From: Macrostomum lignano | Lineage: Eukaryota | Direction of reading: 5' to 3' | Assembly: GCA_002269645.1 (NCBI GenBank) | Contig: NIVC01003606.1 | Coordinates: 1 to 64,000, forward strand | Length of the DNA: 64,000 nucleotides | Program-made: the position numbers and the translations under genes | Notes under the pieces: generated by a model | What the model saw: the letters and a program-made list of their open reading frames with translations, nothing else | What the model was told of the DNA's origin: nothing | Database searches by the model: none | Shown here: piece after piece, positions 11,558-24,169 of the stretch | Layout: every line of letters begins with the position of its first letter | Numbering within the stretch: the first letter of the stretch is position 1

Positions 11558-11563
11558 AAACAA
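11516..11563. repeat. (CAA)n microsatellite / putative tail
   Basis: CAA run directly after ...GGTCCGCAGT. Confidence 0.95.
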
Positions 11564-11894
11564 TAAGATACGCAGTCCCGCATGCAAGGTTAGAGCAGGG
11601 CGCTTCTGATGGCGCGCCGCAGAGCCTGAGAGCGGACGAATTCCGCCCCGATGGCAGAGCGTCGCATAGCAGACAGTTAAAGTTAAATCAAGGACGAACT
11701 AAGTAATAAATTAATAATCATAAAGTACTAAATTATGTCTAAGTAGTAATAGAGACGGCAGACATTGGCCCTAAATTTCTACTTAAAGTAAGGTGAATTG
11801 CCAAAGGACTCCAACACGTCAAATCTATAAAAAAATACACAGACCTGATTTGCATGCACTAAAGGTGTAGGGTGTGAAGAACCCACCCTTAATT

Positions 11895-12580
11895 ATCTGC
11901 TCCCAACCCACTCCTCCTTATCTGCACCCAACCCACCCCTCCTTTTCTGCACCCAACCCACCCCTCCTTTTCTGCACCCAACCCACCCCTCCTTTTCTGC
12001 ACCCAACCCCCTGCTTTTCTGCACCCAACCCCCCTCCTTTTCTGCACCCAACCCCCTGCTTTTCTGCACCCAACCCCCCTCCTTTTCTGCACCCAACCCC
12101 TGCTTTTCTGCACCCAACCCACCCCTCCTTTTCTGCACCCAACCCACCCCTCCTTTTCTGCACCCAACCCCCTGCTTTTCTGCACCCAACCCCCTGCTTT
12201 TCTGCACCCAACCCACCCCTCCTTTTCTGCACCCAACCCCCTGCTTTTCTGCACCCAACCCACCCCTCCTTTTCTGCACCCAACCCACCCCTCCTTTTCT
12301 GCACCCAACCCCCTGCTTTTCTGCACCCAACCCCCCTCCTTTTCTGCACCCAACCCCCTGCTTTTCTGCACCCAACCCCCCTCCTTTTCTGCACCCAACC
12401 CCCTGCTTTTCTGCACCCAACCCCCTCCTTTTCTGCACCCAACCCCCTGCTTTTCTGCACCCAACACACCCCTCCTTTTCTGCACCCAACCCACCCCTCC
12501 TTTTCTGCACCCAACCCCCTGCTTTTCTGCGCCCAACCCCCTGCTTTTCTGCACCCAACCCCCTGCTTTTCTGCGCCCAA
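11895..12580. repeat. Minisatellite, ~24-28-bp unit (TTTTCTGCACCCAACCCACCCCTCC)
   Basis: Tandem array; it explains ORFs 11874-12647. Confidence 0.95.
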
Positions 12581-12873
12581 CCGAACCGCGACACTGAATG
12601 TAAATAAACTTTTTTGGCCTTGTGCCGCAGACACTAGTTCAATTTAAGCAAACTCAACCTAAGTCAAATATTCAACCAGCTCTTTATTATTGTCTCATTT
12701 TCTACAGTATAAGTTTGTGCAGGTTGCGTCACATCAAACGGTTTGGTGACGCAGGCAACTTTTGGAAAAGAACCATCTGTTTCAAAGTTTAGAAGGCCAG
12801 AAAGTTTTAATTGATAGGCATTGTTATTTAGCCGGGCCAAATAACTGAAATTGTTCCGCCCTTGTTACTGCTG

Positions 12874-13313
12874 TCAGATGCACTTGAACATCATCTTCGA
12901 TGTGGAAATCTGTGTCCAGGTGCCGAACAGGTGCACGTGATTAACGTTGTGCCGGTCGTCTGGCACCGGACTGTCGGCAAACAGGCCGTTGAGCAGGATG
13001 GAGAAGCAGGTGTTGAACCACCAGCCAGCACCGGCGTGCTGCCTGGAGCACAGGGTGCCGGCCGGGGAGCCGCCAGCGTCGAAGGTGCTAAACATGGCGT
13101 TGTTCTCGTTGACCAGCGTCCTGCCGGGGTCCAGGCTGCCCGCGCTGTCCGGTCCCGTCACGTTCAGCCTGTAGCTGTCGTTTGCCGGCTGCACTTTAAA
13201 GCCGGACCATTCGCCCCACAGCGGCTGGCCCGACACGGTCAGCACTTCGATTCGGAGTCGGCAGTTTGCGTAGAACAGGCTGCCCACCGTGCGGGCGCTC
13301 AGCTGCTGCAGGC
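12874..13313 (-). CDS. Fibrinogen-related protein (FReD), last exon
   Basis: Encodes LQQLSAR...LRIEV...FKV...YRLNV...NNAMFSTFD...CSRQHAGAGWWFNTCFSILLNG...SKMMFK*, the fibrinogen C-terminal domain. Acceptor cccgcag|GC. Confidence 0.92.
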
Positions 13314-13349
13314 CTGCGGGACGGCCGGGGGACACCCTTTCGCAACGCA

Positions 13350-13612
13350 TTCGGTGACATCGTCTCACAACCAGCGCTGACGTACGCAGGCACGCACTCA
13401 TGCACTCTCGCTCACACAGGGTGTACGGCGGCCCCTGAATTTCTAATCGTTAGGCACAATCGTTCAATAGTCTGACCCTCATGGCTGTGAATCGCATACG
13501 ACAACCCCCAGAGCCAATTTTCATGCACTCAAGCCCCAAATGCATGAGAACCACGGGGTCAGGGCGCGCGATTCAGACGCGTTCACCGCAAAGCCGCCCT
13601 GCTGCTCCCTAA
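13350..13612 (-). mobile_element. tRNA-derived SINE, head type II, filling most of a FReD intron
   Basis: The core is similar to the type I SINE core (CACACAGG..GTGTAC..GCGGCCC..AATCGT..GGCA) but carries a different tRNA-like head. Confidence 0.65.
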
Positions 13613-13632
13613 GAGCACTCAAGCTGACGCAC

Positions 13633-14002
13633 CCATCCAATAGTTGGAGTCCGCATTCCCGAATCCCCGGACGTAGGTGGCCCAGTTCTGCCGGAATGAC
13701 AGGGAACTGTCTCGCCGCTGTTGGAAGACGGTCCAGGTCGGTCCGCAGGCCGTCGCCACGCCTGGCAAGGTGGTGAGCACGCGCACCGGCCTGTGGCCGA
13801 GCGAGACAAGCTTATCGGCCACTCCGCCTACAATGCTCAGCTGTAGGAAATCGGACAGAGCAGCCGGGTCGGCCACCAGAGTCCAGCGGATTTGCTCGCA
13901 GCGCTCCCAGCTCGGACAGAGTAGGCGGAGACGGGCGCCGCTGCCGGCTCCATCCGCCAGGCGGCAAGCCGCGCGCACGTCGCTGCCTTCGATCAGCGTC
14001 GC
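13633..14002 (-). CDS. Fibrinogen-related protein, exon 3 (start of FBG domain)
   Basis: Encodes ...WTVFQQRRDSSLSFRQNWATYVRGFGNADSNYWMG, typical FBG motifs. cacccag| acceptor; G|gtgcgt donor. Confidence 0.88.
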
Positions 14003-14231
14003 CTGGGTGCAGGGGGGGGGAGGATGTGGACGGCTAGATAGCTGGATTCCCAGTGCGCAGCCTATAAATTTACTTGATCAATTGTTGCTTGAGTAACCAG
14101 CGGCGCCCCAAAGCGTGCGGATACTGCACGCAGGCACTCACGCTAACCCGGCATTTCCGGATCCGGCATTTCCCCGGCGTTGATCGACATGGCGATCGAA
14201 CCGAAAGAGCTGGGTGGAATTTCCGGTAGCC

Positions 14232-14430
14232 CGCACTCATACACGCGCTCACACAGGGTGTACACAGCGGCCCTGACTTTCTAATCGTCTGGCATGTACA
14301 CTCTGTGCCTTGGGGTTGGTCCTCATGGGTGCGAATCGCATGGCAACTCCCGGCCAATTTTAATTAGCACAACCTCAAATTACTGTGGCCGCACACAGCG
14401 CGAGAGTCGGACGCGTTTACCGCTGAGTTT
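14232..14430 (-). mobile_element. tRNA-derived SINE, head type II (partial)
   Basis: Shared SINE core plus head AACTCAGCGGTAAACGCG; the B box is deleted. Confidence 0.6.
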
Positions 14431-14454
14431 ACTCTGCCTCGTTTCCACTCGATC

Positions 14455-14880
14455 ACTGCCACCCACTATACCACCCACTACCACCCACTACCACCCACTA
14501 CCACCCACTAACACCCACTACCACTCACTACCACTCACTACCACCCACTAACACCCATACCACCCACTACCACTCACTACCACTCACTACCACCCACTAC
14601 CACTCACTACTACCCACTAACACCCACTACCACCCACTAACACCCACTACCACTCACTACCACCCACTAACACCCATACCACCCACTACCACTCACTACC
14701 ACTCACTACCACCCACTACCACTCACTACTACCCACTAACACCCACTACCACCCACTAACACCCACTACCACTCACTACCACTCACTACCACCCACTAAC
14801 ACCCACTACCATCCACTACCACCCACTACCTCCCACTACCACCCACTACCACCCACTACCACTCACTACCACTCACTATC
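14455..14880. repeat. Minisatellite, 10-bp unit (CACCCACTAC)
   Basis: Tandem array. Confidence 0.95.
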
Positions 14881-15110
14881 ATTAATTAGGTTCGTTGCGC
14901 ACCAGGTGAGAATGCTGTGTGCTTTTCGATCCTTGCTCTGGGGTGGACTTATTACGAGTATTACTTCCTTACGCTCTTATTACCTTCCTTGTTAAATATA
15001 TGATTCGGATGACTCTGACCTCGTGTTTGACCTAAGGTTAAAATAGAACAAACACCTCACCGAAATGCCCCCAGCTCCGTTGCGCATCAGCAAACGCTGC
15101 TCCAGCTCAC

Positions 15111-15394
15111 CTGGATGCGGAGCTCGCGCAGCACAAACGGCGTCGCACCGGGATGTCCGGCTGTTGAGTCAATCACCAGGGGCAGCGTCAGAGAGTAGCC
15201 GCCAGTCAGATAGTCATAGTAGATGGTTGCTAGGCAAGCCCCGTTGGATTCGAAGGCAACTAGAGGCTCAACAAATGTCTGCCCGGAGGCCAGCTGCATC
15301 AGCTGGAGGCTGGCGCCTCTGTACGGAAGGTTCAGCCGTGGAATCGCTTCCTCCGTGTGGCCGAATTTCGCGAACAGAGTGAAAACTATCAGGA
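15111..15394 (-). CDS. Fibrinogen-related protein, exon 2
   Basis: Encodes VLIVFTLFAKFGHTEEAIPRLNLPY...VLRELRIQ. ctcgcag| (phase 1) to CAG|gtgagc (phase 0); phases fit both neighbours. Confidence 0.7.
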
Positions 15395-15454
15395 CTGCGA
15401 GCGCTGATGAGGATTTGAAATTTCAGGGCTGGGAGTAGTGGCTATGATTGATAT

Positions 15455-16408
15455 CAAAATAAGATCAAAGAGTGGCGGTGTCAATCCAAGATCAAAGAGT
15501 GGCGGTATCAAGCCAAGATCAAAGAGTGGCGGTATCAAGCCAAGATCAAAGAGTGGCGGTGTCAATCCAAGATCAAAGAGTGGCGGTATCAAGCCAAGAT
15601 CAAAGAGTGGCGGTATCAAGCAAAGATCAAAGGGTGGCGGCAGCAAGCCAAGATCAAAGAGTGGCGGTATCAAACCAAGATCAAAGGGTGCAGGTGGTGT
15701 CAAGCCAAGATCAAAGAGTGGCGGTGTCAAGCCAAGATCAAAGAGTGGCGGTATCAAGCAAAGATCAAAGGGTGGCGGCAGCAAGCCAAGATCAAAGAGT
15801 GGCGGTATCAAACCAAGATCAAAGGGTGCAGGTGGTGTCAAGCCAAGATCAAAGAGTGGCGGTGTCAAGCCAAGATCAAAGGGTGGCGGTATCAAGCCAA
15901 GATCAAAGGGTGGCGGTATCAAGCCAAGCCAAGATCAAAGGGTGGCGGTATCAAGCCAAGATCAAAGAATGGCGGTATCAAACCAAGATCAAAGAGTGGC
16001 GGTATCAAACCAAGATCAAAGAGTGGCGGTATCAAACCAAGATCAAAGAGTGGCGTTGTCAAGCCAAGATCAAAGAGTGGCGGTATCAAACCAAGATCAA
16101 AGAGTGGCGGTATCAAACCAAGATCAAAGGGTGCAGGCGGTGTCAAGCCAAGATCAAAGAGTGGCGGTATCAAACCAAGATCAAAGAGTGGCGGTATCAA
16201 ACCAAGATCAAAGGGTGCAGGCGGTGTCAAGCCCAGATCAAAGAGTGGCGGTATCAAACCAAGATCAAAGAGTGGCGGTATCAAACCAAGATCAAAGAGT
16301 GGCTGTATCAAGCCAAGATCAAAGAGTGGTGGTATCAAACCAAGATCAAAGAGTGGCGGTATCAAACCAAGATAAAAGAGTGGCGGTATCAAACCAAGAT
16401 CAAAGGGT
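15455..16408. repeat. Minisatellite, 24-bp unit (CCAAGATCAAAGAGTGGCGGTATCAA-like)
   Basis: Tandem array in FReD intron 1; it explains ORFs 15389-16418. Confidence 0.95.
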
Positions 16409-16479
16409 GACAGTATAAAGCCAAGGTGCCCAGCCTGCAGAAGAACTACACAAATAATTATTACGAAGTTACAAGTTAC

Positions 16480-16522
16480 CTGCTTTAAATTCTACCGCTC
16501 GAATGCGCCAAATATTTGTCAT
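16480..16522 (-). CDS. Fibrinogen-related protein, putative first coding exon
   Basis: ATG..MTNIWRIRAVEFKA G|gtaact (phase 1). Joined to exon 2 it gives a signal-peptide-like N-terminus. Confidence 0.5.
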
Positions 16523-17362
16523 TAGCAGTTGAAAAAAAAACTGGAAAAGTTAGTTCTGTCAATAGCTGCAAATGAAATTCTTATGCTTATTATATTTTCG
16601 TCTCGTCTCAGCCTCGTCCCGGAATTTATGCAGAATTTAAATTACCTTCTCGTTGAATTATACGTACGCGTTCGTATATGCTAACTTGAACAAGCTATAC
16701 TGTACGTACTCGGGTGAGGGTACACCGTACTCCGTGCTCAATCTCTTCTCACCCAAGTACTTTTTCTATTCTCTAGACAATGTCCAACTGTAGGCCATCA
16801 CATTGTCCGAGCGCATTGTGTTTAAATTTAGCTTGTACCTAGCAAGTGTTTTTATTCGGCTATTTCGAGACTTTAGCATTGCGGATGGAATGTTTGTCAG
16901 TTTGCTGTTTACACACAGCATTATAGAATGAATAGAGCGAGAACTTTCTCAAAAGTTTACTAGCTGAGTATGTAAATTTTGCGCAGCTAATTGCAAACTT
17001 TATAATTAAGAAGTAGTGTGCAATTTGTTCAGCGCATCAAAATTCAAGTGAGCCAAACAAAGCCTGCAAACTCATTTCTAAAACGCTTATTTTTTTTCCG
17101 TCAATCTCTTGGAATTAAAACCATGCAGAGCTACTTAAAGTAGCAATCATAAAGCGCGCATGCGCGACATCTGTTTTGGGCAGGTAATAGCAGGGACAAA
17201 GGAACACGCATATACTATAGTTGAAAACAAGTCTCGATTACAAAACTCAATCAAAAAACAAAAACAAGACATTTTTGTATTCTTCATCTTTCCCTACTTC
17301 TCGTTAGTAGTATGTGAAAAGTTAAGCTCGATAATCTGCAGTGGAATTATACGATTTGCTGG

Positions 17363-17537
17363 TTAGTTTCCCATCACTTCCGGGCTTTCGCCGGCCGAGT
17401 TTGACGAATCCTCAGACACCTTTGAGGCTTCCTCCTCGTGTACAGAAGCCGCCACCTGCAGCTGCTGTTGTTGCTGCTGCTGTTGTTGCTGCTGCTGCTG
17501 CTGTTTGTGCTTGTTATAGAAGGGCTGCAGAGAGAAG
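17363..17537 (-). CDS. GPR158-like: GPR158/GPR179-like class C GPCR, exon 11 (last)
   Basis: ctgacag|C gives (R)FSLQPFYNKHK-polyQ-...VMGN*. The phase matches the donor at 24169. Confidence 0.72.
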
Positions 17538-19888
17538 CTGTCAGGGAAAGGGGAGAAAATGGGCTAAAGTTAATACGAGTGTTTTTTTAATATTAATAAA
17601 AAATTTGGGACAGAATAAAAATGCATCCCTAAAACTCATTGGGTTTGAAAATAAATTTGCCACGGATTGTTCCAAGAAAAAACTGAAGCCCTGCCTGCGT
17701 TCGGCGAAATCTGCTTGAAAACTGAAGCCTGCTCGAAGCAAATTAACTCTTTTTGGAAATAAAATTTGGCGTCCCATAAAACCATAAAAAGGTAGGTAGG
17801 ACAAAATTAAATCTGATATGTTTGAATTTTAACACCTTTAACGCAATTACGCGAAAAATTATACAAATACTAACAAAATATAATTTAATTAGAGCAAAAT
17901 TTGGTGAAGAATTTTCAGCTTTACATTCATTCACTTAATAGTTTAAAATCCAAGTCAAGTTGCAATCGAACAATCGGCAAAGCACTTTGATTGTCAATTT
18001 CGAACAAGCATTTCAAGGCGCAAATCGTCGCAATCGAACGGGTGGATTTGAAAATTTAAATTATTGGCGGATTGTTAAAAGCTGACAAAATAAAAACTAA
18101 TAAAACCAAAAAATGTCTACTTCGCCTTTTAATTTAATTTGAACGATTTGAGCAAACTTATAAATTAAGTGAATAATTTCTGGGAGTGATTCGATTAATT
18201 ATGATCATAAATATGTTTTTTTTTCACAAAAATTAAGGAACAAATTGGTACATAGTTTTATCTCTGATTTAAAATAATTACATACTTTATATTATGATTT
18301 ATGTAAGCCTATTTAAAACAAACAAATCCTACTACGACCTTCGATTGATTTGAATAAAAATGGTGAGAGCCAAACATTCAAGCAATTAACTTGCTAAATT
18401 TTGCATACAATTCACTGGCCATGGGGATGGGCCATTAGCAGTAAAACAATGGCATGCAGGATAAGCAAACACAGAGTGTATTGTGTAGTATGAGCTAATT
18501 TCGTTGATTCATTTTATGCGCCATTTTAAAAGTGAAAAATCAAACAAGCAAACAAGCAATTTACATGGCCGTTGTGCACGAATTTATAGGGCTTGTAATG
18601 TAATTTACGGTCCTATCGAATAATATGTGAAATTAAATTGAGCGTCATAGCGACGCTTTTTTGCACCGGAGTCTTAACACCGGAAATGTTTTATCGCCTT
18701 TACTACTTCAAACTTTTTTTGTTTAAGTCGTTAATAATTCTTTGCCGTAAACTTTTTACGTCGTTGAAATTCAAAGAAAATATTTTTTTAAATTATTTAA
18801 GATAGTTTTCTTACCACCACCAACCTAAAAATCGAAAAATTTATAAGGCTGAGTAACTGAGTTAAAAAACACTTCAAACTTGTTTAAATGCTAGATTGAT
18901 ATACTATTTCAGCATATCTGCATTTTTTCTATAGCACCGTAAATTACCAATGACTTAATCTAAGTGATTGCTGAAGTGCATAAATTTACCTTTGCACTCG
19001 CCAGGACGGATTTCTGTCAAAAGGGGTTAAATTGAATGTTTGAAAGTTTACACTGGGCGCGCATGATTGTAGCAGAATGCTGCACCCAAGACAGTAGATG
19101 ACGATGATGAAAAAACGGTAAAAATTTGTGACTGCATGGTGACACGGTCGAAAAGTATTTTGAGTCTAGTATAAAATGACGTAAATTTTCAATATCGCTT
19201 AATTTTTGAAGGCCAATTTTCAGGAAAAAATACACCGCGGAGATCCAAAAAAACTTTTCGTCACAAAATAAATAATTGCTTTTGATCTAGGACAGTGAAG
19301 ATTACCATTTCTTTAATTCAGCATGTACAGCAGCATGATACTCTTGTATTTCACGAGTAGTTGCGTAGTGAAAGTTTCATTTTCATATTGCTTTTTTATT
19401 TTATAAGCCAAAGTTGTAGATCCTCACAAGTGGAAATTACGAGCGTAACTTAAATTTTTAATGTGTTCCTTTTTCTGTGCATGCTAAATTACAAGAATGG
19501 TATAATAATCTGCACTACCCCAAATCAAGTGCAGTGATTTTGTGATTGAAAAAATGATTTTTCCAGGAAACTGCAGCCTCCAAAAATTGCACGATCTTTG
19601 ATTTTTGCGTCCAGTTATACTACAGTGGTCCAGTATCTCAACCTTATGAGTATCTAAAAAATTATTATGCATCGATAGTTCAATCGATCTGTGCCCGCTG
19701 TGTCCGAAATGTGCTTCGTGCGTTCACATCGTGCTCAACTCAGAACAGTAAAGTGTACTTGTAGGTCATAGCTGCGTGCGTGCAATTGAGAGAAACACGA
19801 ATTCACATGAGAATAACTTGCTTAAATAAGAATATTAGGCACATCGATGATGAGAAATGAGCAATGAGTCTAGCACCTGGACTTTGCC

Positions 19889-20350
19889 CACAGATACTAA
19901 AATAACTAGATGGGCCACTCAGGCATATGCTTAGTAAAAAGGCTTTCTACTTTCAGTTCAGTAGCAAAGAAGAATACATAAGCTATTTTATAAAAACAAA
20001 GGCAGCTGTAACGGTCTAGAAGCCCAGCTTGCAGGCGTAAACAACTTGCTAATTGGTTCAGCCATAATGTACATTAGCCAGTCCACTGGAATGTACATGG
20101 CAGCTTTAGGGTGGAAGTCCGAGAGAAAGGCAATAAAAATTTGGGCGGGGCCGGGGGTAGTGTGGAAAGGCTCGGTTGGAGGGTTTAAGCTGGGGCCGGG
20201 TAAAAGCCAATAAATGAGCCTTGGCTTTAAAAATACATTTAATGCTTCTGTTTAACTTACTACTGAACTGAAAGTAGCTTACACGCAAATGTGCTGATTG
20301 GCCCATCTACTAATTCTAGTAATTCAGTAATTCTAATTCTAGTATCCGTG
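19889..20350. mobile_element. MITE with CAC..GTG termini and 8-bp TSD (copy 2)
   Basis: Homologous to 4201-4658 in reverse orientation. Flanks ACTTTGCC / ACTTTGGC match 7/8. Confidence 0.8.
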
Positions 20351-20903
20351 ACTTTGGCTTATCTCCTTGTACTTATATAGGTAGCTCAAATTGCTTGCCA
20401 GTAAGTACAGTGTCTGCATGGTTCCTATTTCAAATTCTTGCTGATAATTCATAATTGTAGGATTCGAACTAGCTCACGGATGAATCGAAATGCTTTGAGA
20501 CTAAAAAAATGATCAAGACAAATCCTCAGTGCTCTATAAAAGACAGCATTGTTTAGTTAATATAAGAGCATTGCTTCTTGTCAGTGAAGTTAATAATGAG
20601 CCGATCAATTGCTATTGTCTATGGCCGCGAGTGGCATTGGCTCCTGCTTACGAGTACTTATCGGACGTAATTTATCACTTCACACTGACAAAAGCAAAGC
20701 GAGTTATCAGTTGAACCCCGGTGCACAGGTGTGCAAATCAGTGCACTATTATTTGTTTTACTGAGTGTCCAGTCACTCACAGTTGTTTCACAGGGATAAA
20801 TATTGGTTTAATAGCGCGATTTACCCTTGCTTAGTCGCTGCGAGTTATGGGAAGAGGCATGGAAAGAAGAAATCAGTTATTGCTGCAGCACAATTGGGTT
20901 TAG

Positions 20904-21267
20904 GTTTTTTTTTATTAGAGGCAGGGGGGTTGTGTGCACCCTGGCGCACTTTAGGCGACATTGTCACACAACCGGCGAGAGGCATTACTGCCCATTCCGC
21001 CGACTCCCCTGAGCAGGCATACAAGCGCGAGGATACGTTACGCAGGCACACAATCACACAGGACTGTACAGCGGCCCTAACTTTATCAATTGTTAGGCAT
21101 GTACACTTCACTGCGCCTTGGGGGGTTGGCTCTCAAGGCCGTTAATTGCACAAGCGAGCCAAGCCGAGATTCCAATTCAGCCCCAAATTAATGTGACTGC
21201 ACTTGGAATCGAGCCTGGGTCGCTGGCACACCAGAGCAGCTGCGCTACCGCTGGGCTACGGCCCCCC
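20904..21267 (-). mobile_element. tRNA-derived SINE, head type I, full length
   Basis: Reverse complement of the 46914-47273 copy, including A/B boxes and a poly(A) tail. Confidence 0.88.
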
Positions 21268-21361
21268 TTTTGGGTTTAGGTTGCACTGAGGCTAATCGCT
21301 ATACTCAGCAACAGACAACCCCCTTAGCTCACGCTGTCACGTACCCACCGGTTTGTGATCA

Positions 21362-21645
21362 GGTGCTAAAGCCCCTGGTGCTGGTGCCCCTGGTGCTAAA
21401 GCCCCTGTGCTAAAGCCCCTGTGCTAAAGCCCCTGGTGCTAAAGCCCCTGGTGCTAAAGCCCCTGGTGCTAAAGCCCCTGGTGCTGGTGCCCCTAGTGCT
21501 GGTGCCCCTGGTGCTAAAGCCCCTGGTGCTAAAGCCCCTGGTGCTGGTGCCCCTAGTGCTGGTGCCCCTGGTGCTGGTGCCCCTGGTGCTAAAGCCTCTG
21601 GTGCTAAAGCCCCTGGTGCTAAAGCCTCTGGTGCTAAAGCCCCCT
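21362..21645. repeat. Minisatellite, 15-bp unit (GCCCCTGGTGCTAAA)
   Basis: Tandem array. Confidence 0.95.
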
Positions 21646-22316
21646 CAAAGTAACTGGCGTCTCCCCAAAATGAAAGATTCCGGCTATGCCCCTGATGTCA
21701 CGCCGACTGACATTGCTTCCTTCACACATTATTGACTTAGCAATGAGCATGGGTTAACTTCTGTGCCGCATGTAACAGCGTGAATTGAGGAGGAATTTAT
21801 TTTTTAATATAATATGTTTTTATGTTTTTTTATGTTTTATGTTTTTAATATAATATACGAACGATTTATTTTTAAGGCGTGAATGAAGCAGAGCGTTTCA
21901 CAAGCAAATGAATTAAGACTGTAGCAGCAATAGGAACTGCTTTAAGCAACTTATTTACTCGATTTTAAACCTATTGGGTAGTGGCCTTTTTAACAGATCT
22001 TCTCTCTCTCTTCATGCCGTTCTGGTCTCCCGTGTCTCCCAGTGAGCTATTTTCATTTCCTTAGTTCTCCTCTGCCACTAAAGCGAATTATGGGCGGCAG
22101 CCTCCGAGCAACCAGTTGTTGGCTTCTTCGAGTAGGCGGGCGTTAATTAAGAAGGACATAATCTCCTAATCCGCTTAGACTTTGCGCGCCGCCTTGTTTT
22201 GAGTAATTATTTATGACGCGAGTGCACTTTGCATGGGTTGAGGTCCAGTCGAAGCTTTCTTCTTTGCCATGACTGCAAGAATGCGCTTTGTACTACAGAT
22301 GTTGCGTCTGGCCAAA

Positions 22317-22862
22317 TCTATGAGCTGGGATCTATGATCTGGGATCTATGATCTGGGATCTATGATCTGGGATCTATGATCTGGGATCTATGATCTGGGA
22401 TCTATGATCTGGGATCTATGATCTGGGATCTATGATCTGGGATCTATGATCTGGGATCTATGATCTGGGATCTATGATCTGGGATCTATGATCTGGGATC
22501 TATGATCTGGGATCTATGATCTGGGATCTATGATCTGGGATCTATGATCTGGGATCTATGATCTGGGATCTATGATCTGGGATCTATGATCTGGGATCTA
22601 TGATCTGGGATCTATGATCTGGGATCTATGATCTGGGATCTATGATCTGGGATCTATGATCTGGGATCTATGATCTGGGATCTATGATCTGGGATCTATG
22701 ATCTGGGATCTATGATCTGGGATCTATGATCTGGGATCTATGATCTGGGATCTATGATCTGGGATCTATGATCTGGGATCTATGATCTGGGATCTATGAT
22801 CTGGGATCTATGATCTGGGATCTATGATCTGGGATCTATGATCTGGGATCTATGATCTGAGA
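22317..22862. repeat. Near-perfect minisatellite, 14-bp unit (GATCTATGATCTGG)
   Basis: Homogeneous tandem array. Confidence 0.97.
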
Positions 22863-23596
22863 TGCACTATTGATAGATGAAACTATGAAGAAGTGCGCAT
22901 CGTTTCATTTTGACAGACTTCTGGCAGACTTTTTTATCAGCCTTTATCGGCCGATACCAGGCCAGGAAGTCACGGTTTCAATCGAGCTTTTGGAGTAGTT
23001 GCTGTCAAAGACGGAATTCGCTGCCGAGATAAGCGAATGAAGACGATCGATATGAGTCTAGAGACCATGAGCTGAGCTGCAGTTTCCCCAGAGGCGGCTC
23101 TGCTAGATAATTATTATCAGACGGAACCAGCCCTGGACCCGGTGAGCACAGACTCTAATAAAACACGTGTCATTAATCATTCGAGGAGGCAGAGGACAGG
23201 AAGAAGCAGCGTCATGACATATTCCGGCCCCATGTTTGCCTGAGTCAAGTCATCCCACCCGGAGACGCAGATAAAGTCTGTACTTTTCAACGAATTATTT
23301 CTGAAACTGACACTTTTTCCGCTTTTTCCGTTACAAAAATTGATTGTGATCTACTTCAGTACTTAAGGTGCGCGCCAATTGTATGGATTATCTTCATTCT
23401 GCGAGTAGGACAGGTAGGCATGTAAATTGTACATGCGACTGCTGTGGCCCCTCAGGAACTCTGTCTAATAAATTAGCTAAATTACTAGCGGCGTCATTTC
23501 ACTAGCTAATTAACTAAGCAGTGCAAACTGGAATTTAAAGAACGACAGCTCATTTAGCTTTTTACTGCCTTACCTGCGACCTCTACCTGGTATCCT

Positions 23597-23961
23597 CCTC
23601 ACCTGTGCCACCTCACCTCACCTCTCACCTGTGACCACCTCACCTCACACCTCACCTGTGCAACCTCATCTCACACCTCACCTGTGCCACCTCACCTCAC
23701 ACCTCACCTGTGCCACCTCACCTCACCTCTCACCCGTGACCACCTCACCTGTGAACACCTCACCTCACACCTCACCTGTGAACACCTCACCTGAGACCTC
23801 ACCTGTGACCACCTCACCTGTGACCACCTCACTTGTGACTACATCATCTGTAACCACCTCACTTGTGACTACATCATCTGTGACCACCTCACTTGTGACT
23901 ACATCATCTGTGAACATCTCACCTGTGAACACCTCACCTGTGAACACCTCACCTGTGAACA
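23597..23961. repeat. Degenerate minisatellite (CACCTCACCTGTGA)
   Basis: Tandem array. Confidence 0.9.
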
Positions 23962-24169
23962 CCCTTTCACTTCCTTATCCAGTGGCCAAGCTATGAGAAA
24001 TAAGACGAGCACACAGGCACGTGAAGCGCCACTAAGGTAGTTGTGGAATTTTTTCTAGCGCTACTCAAACACTAACAGGGGGTGATTTGGCAATACAAAG
24101 TAAAATATCTATTAAAAATCTTTCTAACAAATCTATAAGAAAATGGAAAAAAAACCGCAAAGTCCTCAC

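Noticed and set aside
19015-19032. piggyBac-like end AAGGGG-TTAA
   Set aside because: No matching inverted terminus was found in the window.
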